Positions 29,332-39,257 of a stretch of 64,000 bases of DNA are shown piece after piece. The stretch's first letter is position 1, and the number at the start of each line of letters is the position of its first letter. The notes below the pieces were generated by a model, which did no database searches, was not told the DNA's origin, and saw nothing but the letters and a program-made list of their open reading frames with translations. Location of the stretch: positions 62,316 through 126,315 of the IMG/VR virus record IMGVR_UViG_3300000553_000009; one strand, 5' to 3'. Source of the stretch: a virus. The translations under genes were made by a program, and so were the position numbers.

Positions 29332-29499
29332 TTATTCTGGTTCTACTATTACTGCTTTTTTAAGTTCTGGGGTTCTATCATCTATCCAAGTACTATGAGG
29401 CTCTATTAACATTGCTTTGGAATTGGGTCCATTGTAATCTAGTACTGCTTTCCATTTATCTACTATTCTTTTTAATTCTTCTGGTGACGTTTCGCTCAT
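29332..29499 (-). CDS. 55-aa ORF resembling the N-terminal propeptide of T4-like major capsid proteins
   Basis: MSETSPEELKRIVDKWKAVLDYNGPNSKAMLIEP...; ATGA overlap with the upstream endonuclease. Confidence 0.55.
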   Translation of the reverse strand: MSETSPEELKRIVDKWKAVLDYNGPNSKAMLIEPHSTWIDDRTPELKKAVIVEPE

Positions 29500-30251
29500 A
29501 AATCAATTTTAATAACGGGGATTACTATATTAGTTTTTCTTTTAGATTCTCTTAATTTATCTTTATGTTCTTGAGAGAAAGGCTTGCCCAATTTGGCCAG
29601 TCTCATCTTTAATTTAGTTTCATCTGAGCGTTTCTTTCCTAGATTAGATTGTCTATTTTTTTCTTTAGATTCTTCAGTATGCTTCTTACCCATACGACTT
29701 TTTCTTATATTTTCTCTAGCTTCCTTGGATCTAGGTTGTCTCATCTTTTCCTTCGATTCTTCAGAATGAGTTTTTCCTAAATTATAATTTCTCATCTTTT
29801 CTCTATTCTCTTCAGTTGACATTTTATTTTTAATAGCTTCTTTATGATGATCAGATAAAGGCTTTCCGAGTTTAGCCTTGCTCATTTTTTCTTTTGTATC
29901 ATCTGAATGGACCAATCCGGTCCTATCTTGGGAATAGGTGCAGATATTGTATCCTATATCTTTATTAGTGGATTCAAATACTCCTATATAATATGCCTCC
30001 TTCTCTAATAAAAATTTATTATCTTTAGTTTTATCAAAATTTTCAAAAGTTTCTATAATTTCAACTACAAAAGAATTCCATCCATACTTTATAATCACAT
30101 TTTCAAAATAACATCTACCTTTAGATCTACGTTCACAGTATCTATGTGAATTTAATCGTTTATTTAAATTAATAGCTTTACCTATATATACTTTACCATT
30201 ATATATACAAGTTAATTTATAAATTCCCGCGACATTTGGATAGCTAGTCAT
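29496..30251 (-). mobile_element. Free-standing GIY-YIG/NUMOD3 homing endonuclease
   Basis: Start at 30251 (MTSYPNVAGIYKLTC), ATGA overlap with uvsW; KVYIGK, EKEAYYI, HSEE repeats. Confidence 0.9.
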
Positions 30252-31675
30252 TTTAGTATTAATTTGCCGAGCAAATTTATTTCCGATTCTTTCCACGGAA
30301 TTTGTTCTTCTGTGTAAAATTGTTTTCTCTCTTCCACATGTCTCTTGGAATATTTTAGATTATCATAGATATCGAATAACACAAGTTGATCCTTTGAATC
30401 ATGTAATCTTAATCCTCTTCCAATTGACTGTATAGTTCTGATGAAACTTTTACCTCCAGACACAAACATAATATAATGAAGATTCTTAATATTTATACCA
30501 GTTGAAAATATTTTAGACATGGCAATACAGACAATATTATCCTGTATTTCCATCTTATTTGTTATGGACTGTCTTTCTTCCACAGGCATTTCACCATTGA
30601 TAAAATAAACCTCTTTGCCTTCTAATTCAAGAGCGGCCAATAAATTATTACCATGCTCAAGTCTGTTGACAAGAATTAGAACATTTTTATCCAATCTCTT
30701 CACCAGAACCTTTATCATATTATTTCTCAAAGAAGACTCATGAATAAATTGAAGTTCTTCCTCATATCCCTTAATTTTAAGGGAATGATTTAATTTAATA
30801 ATCTTAATTATCGCATTAGATAAGTATCCCTCATCTCTGAGTTCTTTGGATTTCTTTTCGTAAATCACTCTTCCAAATGTTCCAATGACTTTCCATTTAT
30901 CCATTAATGCTTTTGGAAGAGTTCCAGTGAATCCAAACTTATAAGGAGTTTTTATCTTATGTAATACTTTTGCTAATTTACTGGAAGTGTTTACTTTGTG
31001 ACACTCATCAGTTATAACCAAATCAACTTCTGTCAACCACTTGAAATTTGAAAATTGAGAACATAAATTTTCAGAATTGGCAATTATTACCTGAGTGTCC
31101 TGAGGTTTCGTCCCACCCGTCCAGCCTGAATATGTAAATGTTACTCCATAATCTTCAAAGTCTCCCATAAGTTGATCTACCAGAGATAACCCAGGAACGA
31201 CCAGGAGGCACTTGAAATCATCCGAAACCTTTTCCTTGTAAGTCTGCAAGAGGGATGCTTGCAACAAGCTCTTACCTGATCCTGTGGCACTTACGATGGT
31301 TCCGTGATGACTAGAGAAAGCACATTCCAATGTTTCTCTTTGATATTCTCTTAAATCATATCTAAGAGTATCCGACATGGATAAAACTATTCCGAATTGA
31401 ACATATACTCGTTTTCTAAAAGCTTCAGTATATTCAACTTCTCCCAATTGTTTTTCTCGAATAAATTTTTGAATATCATCTTCCAATCCAAAATCGAAAG
31501 ATCCATTAGATCCGATGGCATAATCTCTATCAGGAATATGCTTATTGACTTTTTTAATATAATAACTTCCCGCCTTTTTAACGGAAAAATGGTTACGAAT
31601 CAAACCGAAAATTGAGGAGTCTTCACAACTCAATTTTCCCTTTCTCGATTTTTCATCATAATCCAAAGTTATCAT
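30248..31675 (-). CDS. uvsW: SF2 DNA helicase (UvsW)
   Basis: LREYQ, ATGSGKS, DECH, GFTGT, FSTGINI, QSIGRGLR. Confidence 0.95.
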   Translation of the reverse strand: MITLDYDEKSRKGKLSCEDSSIFGLIRNHFSVKKAGSYYIKKVNKHIPDRDYAIGSNGSFDFGLEDDIQKFIREKQLGEVEYTEAFRKRVYVQFGIVLSMSDTLRYDLREYQRETLECAFSSHHGTIVSATGSGKSLLQASLLQTYKEKVSDDFKCLLVVPGLSLVDQLMGDFEDYGVTFTYSGWTGGTKPQDTQVIIANSENLCSQFSNFKWLTEVDLVITDECHKVNTSSKLAKVLHKIKTPYKFGFTGTLPKALMDKWKVIGTFGRVIYEKKSKELRDEGYLSNAIIKIIKLNHSLKIKGYEEELQFIHESSLRNNMIKVLVKRLDKNVLILVNRLEHGNNLLAALELEGKEVYFINGEMPVEERQSITNKMEIQDNIVCIAMSKIFSTGINIKNLHYIMFVSGGKSFIRTIQSIGRGLRLHDSKDQLVLFDIYDNLKYSKRHVEERKQFYTEEQIPWKESEINLLGKLILK

Positions 31676-31926
31676 TTATAAAAATCCACTTCTCCATTTT
31701 GGGTTAGCTTAATTTCTTCATAAGGAGCAATTCTACGACGATAAACTTCTTGCTTCACACATTCCAAAACTCCTATAATATCATTGTAAGTTTGATATGA
31801 TTCTTGTTTAAGAAAAAGATAATCGTTTAGTAGATCATGAATTTTATAATTCAAATCTCCCGCACACATTGGTTTAACCCCAGGAACCTTTAAAAGTTTT
31901 CTTGTATCTTGTTTAATATATGGCAT
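31672..31926 (-). CDS. Conserved-looking hypothetical phage protein
   Basis: MPYIKQ...GDLNY...YNDIIGVLECVKQE.YRR.IAPYEE.K pattern. Confidence 0.7.
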   Translation of the reverse strand: MPYIKQDTRKLLKVPGVKPMCAGDLNYKIHDLLNDYLFLKQESYQTYNDIIGVLECVKQEVYRRRIAPYEEIKLTQNGEVDFYK

Positions 31927-31988
31927 ATGTTATTCGCTTTCCAATCTTTTATAAAGTTTATCATCGAAGATATTCCTAAATATACAAC

Positions 31989-32387
31989 TTAAGACTCTTC
32001 GAGCCTTTTTATATCAATAATATTTTTAATATCCTGTGCTATGAATGAAACCGACTTTACAAGTAGTTCCAAATATTCTATAAGATATTCCAATTCCTGA
32101 ATTTTATCATTAATTTCGGACAATAGAGGAGTGTCGATATTTTCAAGAGTTTTTTTGGTAATATTTGATACCGGACTCGACTCAATCATTTTGGTCGCCT
32201 CATCATTCCAAAGCTTTTTCTTTTCCTTGATAAGCTTTCCCTTGGCAATCTTAGTCTCAATCAACCGAGAAACCCAAAAATGCTTTTCCGCAGGAACTCT
32301 TTTAGCCCTTTGTTCTAAATTGAAGTCAGTTATATCGCAGAATTCTGTGTACTGTAACTGGTATTTAGATAGTAAATTTGAGTTCAT
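31989..32387 (-). CDS. uvsY: Recombination mediator (UvsY-like)
   Basis: ~132-aa helical protein upstream of uvsW; ends IKNIIDIKRLE like T4-type UvsY. Confidence 0.75.
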   Translation of the reverse strand: MNSNLLSKYQLQYTEFCDITDFNLEQRAKRVPAEKHFWVSRLIETKIAKGKLIKEKKKLWNDEATKMIESSPVSNITKKTLENIDTPLLSEINDKIQELEYLIEYLELLVKSVSFIAQDIKNIIDIKRLEES

Positions 32388-32475
32388 ATTAGAATATATA
32401 TCACACTTTTTACGAATGTCAATATTTTAGCAAAATATTCCATTTTAAAATCTACTCCAACGAGTAAATATAATC

Positions 32476-33318
32476 ATGTATACTGAATATTACGTTTATA
32501 TATTAAAAGATCAAGATGGAATTATAAGATATGTGGGAAAAACCGGAGACTATAAAAACAGAATAGCTTCACATTTTAAAAAATCTAGTAATCCATTAGT
32601 TAGAGAACATATAAATAAAAACTGGACTCATGACCATATTATATGTTCCAGTGATGAAATCGAAATATTAAAGATAGAAAAAAACATAATCGAAAAATAT
32701 AAACCACAACTTTACAATATAAAAAATTTTGGAGGTATATCTGGGAAATATAATAAAAATCCATCAGTAAAGATAAAAAATATCAATACTAATAATGTAC
32801 TTCAATTTAAAACACAAAAAGAAGCCGCCCTTTTTCTAAATGTTCATAAATCCACTGTATCTTATTTAATAAAAGGTAAAAAATCTCATATTTCTGGACA
32901 ATGGGTTTTAGAAAACACAGATCCGTCCATTATAAATATAAATCCCAGAAAAACAGGGTTTTTAGTAGATAAACAAGAAAGATATTTTAAATTATATGAT
33001 ACCGTCGAAAATACCTATATTGAATTTAAATCTGTTACTGATTGTGCGAATAAATTAAAAACAAACACTACTTCTATTTCTAGATTAAAAAAAGGAAGTC
33101 TACAATCCATAAAAAATGGTAGATATAAATTATCAGTTAATAATATCAGTCAATATAAACCCATAAAAATATATGATAAATTAACCAACACAGTATTACA
33201 ATTTAATAAAAAATCAGAATTTTGTAAAGAATTTAATATTCATTCATCATATGCTTCCCAATTATCTTCTGGAAAAATAAAACACATTCATAATAGATTT
33301 GAATTATATATTTCTTAA
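32476..33318 (+). mobile_element. Free-standing GIY-YIG endonuclease with NUMOD1-like repeats
   Basis: YYVYIL...RYVGKT, three F.S/T..E.A..LN repeats; TAAATA-N5-ATG. Confidence 0.8.
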
Positions 33319-33326
33319 ATAAAAAC

Positions 33327-33557
33327 ATGAGATTAACAATTGAAGACCATGATAAATTAGCAAACCTTTACATGGAAAGTGTTTTGGTTGAGATGGATGT
33401 GGGAAGTGTTGTAGGGGGAAGTCCTACACATGGAGGAGCAATTGAAAATGGAGATAATTATGCCAAGGGAGATACAAGAATTCCAAAAGTTTTAGGAGCT
33501 ATACAAACCCGAAAGGGAAAACTTAAGAGAAAAGGCAAAGTTCGGAGAAAAGTCTAA
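33327..33557 (+). CDS. Small late protein with basic C-terminus
   Basis: TAAATA-N5-ATG; D.YA.GDTRIPKVLG...TRK motif. Confidence 0.65.
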   Translation: MRLTIEDHDKLANLYMESVLVEMDVGSVVGGSPTHGGAIENGDNYAKGDTRIPKVLGAIQTRKGKLKRKGKVRRKV

Positions 33558-33730
33558 CAGTTTTCGCTTATAACTACTAATAATAGTAATAACATTAGTA
33601 GTTATAATATTTATTATTGTTATTATAATTCTTATTACTACCAAAGCCCGCCCGCTACACCCATTAACTAATTTAACAATTACTAAAGTCAAGAGGTTTT
33701 ATTGAAAAAAATAAAAATAGTTAAAAATAC

Positions 33731-33759
33731 TTGACAATAACAATAATACGGTATATAAT
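33731..33759 (+). promoter_or_regulatory. Consensus sigma70 promoter
   Basis: TTGACA-N17-TATAAT with upstream A-tracts. Confidence 0.85.
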
Positions 33760-33762
33760 TAG

Positions 33763-34218
33763 ATGACAACCTGGGAGAGATTACCTGAAGATACTACTAA
33801 TTATATAGGTTTTATATATATTATTATTAATAATTATAAAGAAAATACTATAGACCCACCAATAAAAAAGTACTATATAGGAAAAAAACAATTACTTAAA
33901 AAGACAAGATTAAAGAAAAACAATACTAGAAAAAGAGATAAAATTGTATGGAAAGATAATGATGTGGAAAAATATTGGGGATCTTCCAAAGAATTATTAC
34001 AAGATATTGAAAAATATGGTATAGAAAATTTTAGAAGAGTAGTAATAGAAATGTGTACATCAAAATGGCATATGACTTATTCAGAACTAGCCTGGCAAAT
34101 GGAATTTAATGCTATTATTGACCCAACATTCTATAATGGAATATTAAATTGCAGATTGGTAAAATGTCCAAAGGGATATGTTGACATTGAAAGAAACCGT
34201 GATAACCTCAATTTATGA
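33763..34218 (+). CDS. Stand-alone GIY-YIG nuclease domain protein (no DNA-binding tail)
   Basis: GFIYII...YYIGKK, YWGSSKEL..DIEKYG.ENF.R...E...Q...YNG. Confidence 0.8.
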   Translation: MTTWERLPEDTTNYIGFIYIIINNYKENTIDPPIKKYYIGKKQLLKKTRLKKNNTRKRDKIVWKDNDVEKYWGSSKELLQDIEKYGIENFRRVVIEMCTSKWHMTYSELAWQMEFNAIIDPTFYNGILNCRLVKCPKGYVDIERNRDNLNL

Positions 34219-34721
34219 GCATTTGGATGAGGAGATTTGGAGTTACAGTAGAATCAATTGATCAAATATTTAATTCTACTAATAAAATGGTAGGGCAATA
34301 TCTCTTAAATCAAGGGTTGCCAATAACATTTGATTTTTCTAATAAGTTTAATAAAGCAATTTATACACATTATTTTTTAAATAATTTATGTGAATATATT
34401 AGAACATATCCATATGATAATAAATTAATGCTTTATAATGACACCTTATCAAAGGATGTATTTCGCAATTCTATAATAAAAAAGGTTAAAAGGATTTTTG
34501 GAATTAAAATCTGGAATGGGGTATGGGATTTCTACACTTTTGTAGGTAAGCTAAAAGACAACGATATTACTCTAGTAGATCAATTTGAAGTTTATATTGA
34601 AGCAGAGACAAAACCCAAGACATTTAGGCATATTAAGAAATACCTAGAGAAAGAAGGATTCAAAGCATTATCAGATAACTATTTCAAAGATATAGCAAAT
34701 AAAATGGCTATTTGTAGTTAA
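34215..34721 (+). CDS. Hypothetical protein
   Basis: 168 aa, ATGA-coupled to the nuclease gene. Confidence 0.65.
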   Translation: MSIWMRRFGVTVESIDQIFNSTNKMVGQYLLNQGLPITFDFSNKFNKAIYTHYFLNNLCEYIRTYPYDNKLMLYNDTLSKDVFRNSIIKKVKRIFGIKIWNGVWDFYTFVGKLKDNDITLVDQFEVYIEAETKPKTFRHIKKYLEKEGFKALSDNYFKDIANKMAICS

Positions 34722-34738
34722 AGGGATTAAATAGTTGC

Positions 34739-35104
34739 ATGAGTAGATTCTTAGAACTATTGGAGCAATTAAATCCTGAAACCTCTGGTGATCCTAAATG
34801 GGCATTAATAGACTTTTTAAAATCGAAAGGTATTCATGTCTCTTTGGTGAAAAATACCGATATGTTGTATATTGATACGGGTCACCGCACAGTTTGTGTC
34901 ACTGTTTCCAATAAGGAAGAAGAGTCACAGGAAAGTGATTTAGTTAATGACATATCCAAAGATGACACTAATAAATTACAACCACAAGCTGCCCAGATAG
35001 CAAAACAGCAACAGCAACTTGCTCCAAAGGCAATTCAAAATGCTAAAGTTCGCACTCAAAATCTTCAAAAGGAATTACAGCGTCCTGTTAAACCTATTCA
35101 ATGA
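34739..35104 (+). CDS. Hypothetical late protein
   Basis: TAAATA-N5-ATG; Gln-rich C-terminus. Confidence 0.65.
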   Translation: MSRFLELLEQLNPETSGDPKWALIDFLKSKGIHVSLVKNTDMLYIDTGHRTVCVTVSNKEEESQESDLVNDISKDDTNKLQPQAAQIAKQQQQLAPKAIQNAKVRTQNLQKELQRPVKPIQ

Positions 35105-35721
35105 AATCAAAAACTTTAGAATTACTGGATTACTATCTTAGGGTTATCAAAGAACAGGGCGATGATCCTTCCATGACTACGCCTACTGCGCCGGAAGATT
35201 CTCCTGCCCCTGATCCCTCTCAACCACCTACGGATGAACCAGAACCTCCACAAGAAGATAATGCTCCTCCGACATCATTGGCAGAAAATAAGTACGTGGA
35301 AGCATTAATCTATGGCGCATTATATACTCCAACTCCCCAACAGGTGATTCTTCTTAATAAAATGAAGGATCTTTTAGTAAAAGATAAGTATATAAATCCG
35401 AAAACTGACGTATTACCTATTCTTTTAAGAATGATTAATTTTAACTTCACACAAGTACCATCAGGAACAAATACCCCAAATCCATCGGAAGAATTAGCTT
35501 TGACACCGGAATTGGAAAATTCTTATATAAACGAATTAATTGATGCTACCATTCATGAACCTGATCCAGAGGAAACAATGACTCTTAATAATCTTAGAGA
35601 TGCCTTCCAAAAGGGATTGGTTAAAAATGCCAGAGAGGAAGCAATGCCGGAAATTTTAAGTATTATTTCCAATGAAACCGGGGAAACTGAATTTAAAAAA
35701 GATTTACCAACACTTGATTAA
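35101..35721 (+). CDS. Hypothetical late protein with an internal duplication
   Basis: ENKYVEALIYGALYTPTP vs ENSYINELIDATIHEPDP; Pro/acidic linker. Confidence 0.65.
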   Translation: MKSKTLELLDYYLRVIKEQGDDPSMTTPTAPEDSPAPDPSQPPTDEPEPPQEDNAPPTSLAENKYVEALIYGALYTPTPQQVILLNKMKDLLVKDKYINPKTDVLPILLRMINFNFTQVPSGTNTPNPSEELALTPELENSYINELIDATIHEPDPEETMTLNNLRDAFQKGLVKNAREEAMPEILSIISNETGETEFKKDLPTLD

Positions 35722-35729
35722 ATAATACT

Positions 35730-36122
35730 ATGAGATTTAAAGATAATGAATTAATGTGGGAAGCATATAGTGCGCCTATGAGTTTTGGTGGTGGCCAGGA
35801 TGAACAGGAACTTGTATTATCTTTGGGAAGTGATCAAGATTTAGGGGTTGGAGACGAATTTGAATCTGATGAACTATCTGATGATGATTTAGATGGAATT
35901 ATGGATGATGGTGATGTGGGGGAAGATGAAATTGATAAACTTGTCATGATAGAACTTAAAAAACTTGCCAAATATTCCGATATGATTCTTCAACATTGTT
36001 CAGAAGTTGAACTAGAACCTTGGATGCTGGCCAAATTAGTCAAGGCCGCAACTTATGTCTGTGATATTTGGGACCAAATAGATCATGGAGCAGACTTCGC
36101 AAATGATGGCATCGCCCTGTAA
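35730..36122 (+). CDS. Acidic hypothetical late protein
   Basis: TAAATA-N5-ATG; EPWMLAKLVKAATYV motif. Confidence 0.65.
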   Translation: MRFKDNELMWEAYSAPMSFGGGQDEQELVLSLGSDQDLGVGDEFESDELSDDDLDGIMDDGDVGEDEIDKLVMIELKKLAKYSDMILQHCSEVELEPWMLAKLVKAATYVCDIWDQIDHGADFANDGIAL

Positions 36123-36128
36123 TGAAAC

Positions 36129-36578
36129 ATGAAATCTTTCAAACTATATTTTGTAGAAAAAACTATTCTTGGTTTGGAAGAAACCATTTATATTGATGAA
36201 ATTGGACAACTTAAAGCAAAGCTCGATACTGGTAATGGCGCATTTAATGTTCTCCACGGGGAGGATATCCAACAAGATGGAAAACTTGTTCGCTTTACCA
36301 CCGACAAGGCAATCGTTTTGGAAAAGCCCATATCCAGTAGAATCACAATTAACCTTGGAGCAGGCAATACGGAAGAACGTCCGGTTGTCCTTCTGAATGT
36401 AAAAATTGGAAATAAGATTTTTAAAGACATTCCGTTTTCCATAGGAGACAGAAAAGATAATGTTCATAAGGTTCTAATTGGTAAGAATTTTATACAGACA
36501 AATCTCAACGCACTTGTGGATGTATCCTTGATAGATGTAGCCAGTAAAAATTTAGAGGCAGATTATAAAAATGTATGA
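36129..36578 (+). CDS. Retropepsin-like aspartic protease (RimK-associated 'Zn protease' family-like)
   Basis: KAKLDTGNG catalytic motif, ERPVV, FSIGDR...VLIGKNF. Confidence 0.8.
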   Translation: MKSFKLYFVEKTILGLEETIYIDEIGQLKAKLDTGNGAFNVLHGEDIQQDGKLVRFTTDKAIVLEKPISSRITINLGAGNTEERPVVLLNVKIGNKIFKDIPFSIGDRKDNVHKVLIGKNFIQTNLNALVDVSLIDVASKNLEADYKNV

Positions 36579-37330
36579 AATCATATCCAACAGGAGCGGG
36601 AATATATAAATTGACTTGTGTCAAGAATGGAAAGGTATATATAGGAAAGTCCGTTAATATTTATTTTAGACTTAGTTATCATAAAAGCTGTGAAAAAAAA
36701 TCTAAGGGGAGAGGATATTTTGAAAATTCTATAATAAAATATGGATGGGATTATTTTAATATCGAGATATTAGAAACTGTCGATAATTTTGATAAATTAA
36801 AAGACAACGTCGCTCTTCTTGAAAGAGAAGCATATTATATAAAATTATTTGATTCTACCAATACTTCTAAGGGATATAATATATGTTCGTATTCTACCGA
36901 TAGAACTGGAATACCAAATTCTGAAGAGACGAGAAAAAATATAAGTCAAGGTCAATTAGGACGAAAGCTTTCAGAAGAAACAAAAGAAAAGATTAGACAA
37001 TCTAGACTTGGAAAAGCCGGTACCCCCCATTCTGAAGCGACTAAAGAACACCTAAGACAAATTAATACTGGAAAAAAACTTTCAGAAGAACAGAAAAGTA
37101 AACTGAGACAATTTCGACTCGGGACAAAACACTCCGAAGAAACCAAATTAAAGTTAAGTTTGGCCAGAATTGGCAACTCTAATGCCCGTGGGTTTAAACA
37201 TTCAGAAGAGACTAAAGAAAAATGTAGGTTAGGTAAACTAAAAAGTAAGCAATCCACAACAGAACTTGATGCTCTAATTGATGTTAGTTTATTAAATGTA
37301 GCAGATAAGAATTTGGAGGTATCGGTATGA
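36575..37330 (+). mobile_element. GIY-YIG/NUMOD3 homing endonuclease ending in a copy of the protease C-terminus
   Basis: GIYKLTC...KVYIGKS; last ~24 aa align with the end of the upstream protease. Confidence 0.9.
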
Positions 37331-37887
37331 ATCATTTAACTCAAAAGGAACTTTTATCGGAGGGATTTTGGTCAAAGTTTGGGCAAGGATTGAAAAGTGC
37401 TGGGAAAGCTGGATGGGAAGTTGGAAAATTTTCGGCTAAACATGTAGCTCCATCAGTATATAATCCACTTGCTGCAACAGCAAATGCCACCAAAGAATTA
37501 AATCAAAATATAATCAAGGCTACCACCCCAACTGAAAAATATATCTCAGATCAATTACATATGAGAGGATATGTAGTAGAGGGCCAAATTGAACCTATTC
37601 CAATGCCAAGAGGATTTTCCAAAGAAAAACAAACATTCTTTGTCACTGTCAATAAAATGGCATTCAACCCCACAAGTAAAAAAATGGAAGTATCTACTCT
37701 ACCAAGAGATTTAGATATTCCTTTAGTTGTGGATAAGTATGGAAGCATTATAGAAAATCTGAGAAATAACCCAGAAAAAATTAAGGCATTTAAAGGAAAG
37801 ACTATCACTCGTCCTCCAAAACCAAATCCTCAAGTAATAAATACGCCAGTTGCTCCTGCAACTCCGGTTACTTCTGTAGCCCCTTGA
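37327..37887 (+). CDS. Hypothetical late protein
   Basis: LLSEGFWSK N-terminus, Pro/Thr tail; ATGA overlap. Confidence 0.65.
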   Translation: MNHLTQKELLSEGFWSKFGQGLKSAGKAGWEVGKFSAKHVAPSVYNPLAATANATKELNQNIIKATTPTEKYISDQLHMRGYVVEGQIEPIPMPRGFSKEKQTFFVTVNKMAFNPTSKKMEVSTLPRDLDIPLVVDKYGSIIENLRNNPEKIKAFKGKTITRPPKPNPQVINTPVAPATPVTSVAP

Positions 37888-37919
37888 CATTAAGAAATTT
37901 CATGCTACTTTAGATTTTT

Positions 37920-38189
37920 ATGAACATAGAAATCGTAGCAATAACAGACCAAAACTTTTCTTTAATTTCAAACGGACTTAAAGAAACCATTACTGAACAA
38001 GTAGAATCCTTAGATGAAACTACCGTAGAACTTCCAGTGATTGAGATTCTACCCGATCCAGTAACAGTATCAACTCCTTCCAAAAGAGGTCCAAGACCTG
38101 TCCCATTAGAAAATCATAGTTCTACTGGAACAGGTTGGTTTGAAGGAACTTCTTGGGGAACTTCTGAGAATAAGCACACCTTCAACTAA
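37920..38189 (+). CDS. Hypothetical protein
   Basis: 89 aa, preceded by TTGACA-N16-TACTTT. Confidence 0.5.
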   Translation: MNIEIVAITDQNFSLISNGLKETITEQVESLDETTVELPVIEILPDPVTVSTPSKRGPRPVPLENHSSTGTGWFEGTSWGTSENKHTFN

Positions 38190-38226
38190 AATTGCTTTCT
38201 CTAACTAAGAGATTAAATAATATCAC

Positions 38227-38973
38227 ATGGCAACTAAATCTACCCCCAGGGCGAGACGTAAAGAAGTTAAAAATATTGAGATAGAAACCGCGTTAGCTCA
38301 TAATTATGCTAAATTGGATTTTAAATTTAGAAAAAGAGATTACTCCTTTACGGAAAAACAGAAAGCATTAATTAATGTAATTTTAGATCCTGATATTAAA
38401 GTTGTGATGATTGATGGGGTAGCGGGAACTTCTAAAAGTTTGATTTCTGTTTACTGTGGCTTGACCATGTTACTGAAACAATCCACAAATAAGATGCTTT
38501 TCATGCGATCTGTAGTAGAAAGTTCTCAAAAAGGATTGGGATTTTTGAAAGGCACGCTCGAAGAAAAAATGGAAGTTTGGAGACATGTACTAGATAGTAA
38601 ATGTGAAGAACTGATTGAGCCTTTACATCTTCCGTTAGTTATGGCCTCTGGAAAATTAGAAGCTCTTCCAATTAATTATATTCGAGGGGCATCATGGAAA
38701 AATATGTATGTGGTGGTGGATGAATGTCAAAATCTAGATTATGATGCATATAAATTGATAATGAGTCGGATTGGTGACAATACAAAACTTATTATGTGTG
38801 GGGATTCTGATCAATGTGATATTAAGGATTCTGGATTTAAAAAAGTATATGAAATATTTAATGATTATGATTCCCAAAATATGGGGATAGTGTCTTTTAA
38901 ATTTGAGGAGTCTGACATTGTTAGGTGTGAATTATGTAAGTATATAGTGGGAAAATTTCGAATAGATAGATAA
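38227..38973 (+). CDS. phoH: PhoH-family ATPase
   Basis: GVAGTSKS, RSVVE, LGFLKG...EK, YIRGASW, VDECQN, SRIG, CGDSDQCD, DIVR. Confidence 0.93.
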   Translation: MATKSTPRARRKEVKNIEIETALAHNYAKLDFKFRKRDYSFTEKQKALINVILDPDIKVVMIDGVAGTSKSLISVYCGLTMLLKQSTNKMLFMRSVVESSQKGLGFLKGTLEEKMEVWRHVLDSKCEELIEPLHLPLVMASGKLEALPINYIRGASWKNMYVVVDECQNLDYDAYKLIMSRIGDNTKLIMCGDSDQCDIKDSGFKKVYEIFNDYDSQNMGIVSFKFEESDIVRCELCKYIVGKFRIDR

Positions 38974-39257
38974 CAAGAGAAGATTTTTCATTTTCCGATA
39001 AAAAAGAAACCAGTTATAATAAATAATAGTTTATTCTCGGAAATGAATAGACGATCACATTTATCTTTTTCTAATATTATTTTTACTAGAAAATTTAAAA
39101 CTAAATCTGATAATATTTTACTTTGTTTAGACCAGTCTAGTAATTATGATTGTTATGATACTTTTAAAACTAATAGTACCCTCTATCATAGATGTAAAAA
39201 CTATAAATTGCTAAGACGGATCAAAAAAATTTTGGATGGTAAATCTACAAAAACCAA

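Noticed and set aside
29496-29540. Endonuclease tail IPVIKIDL as the displaced UvsW C-terminus (IPWKESEINL)
   Set aside because: Similarity too short and weak to support.
31930-31988. Possible second copy of the UvsY C-terminus (FRNIFDDKLYKRLESE* vs IKNIIDIKRLEES*)
   Set aside because: Needs a 3-residue gap, is in another frame, and has no adjacent endonuclease; may be chance, though worth a glance if empty alleles become available.
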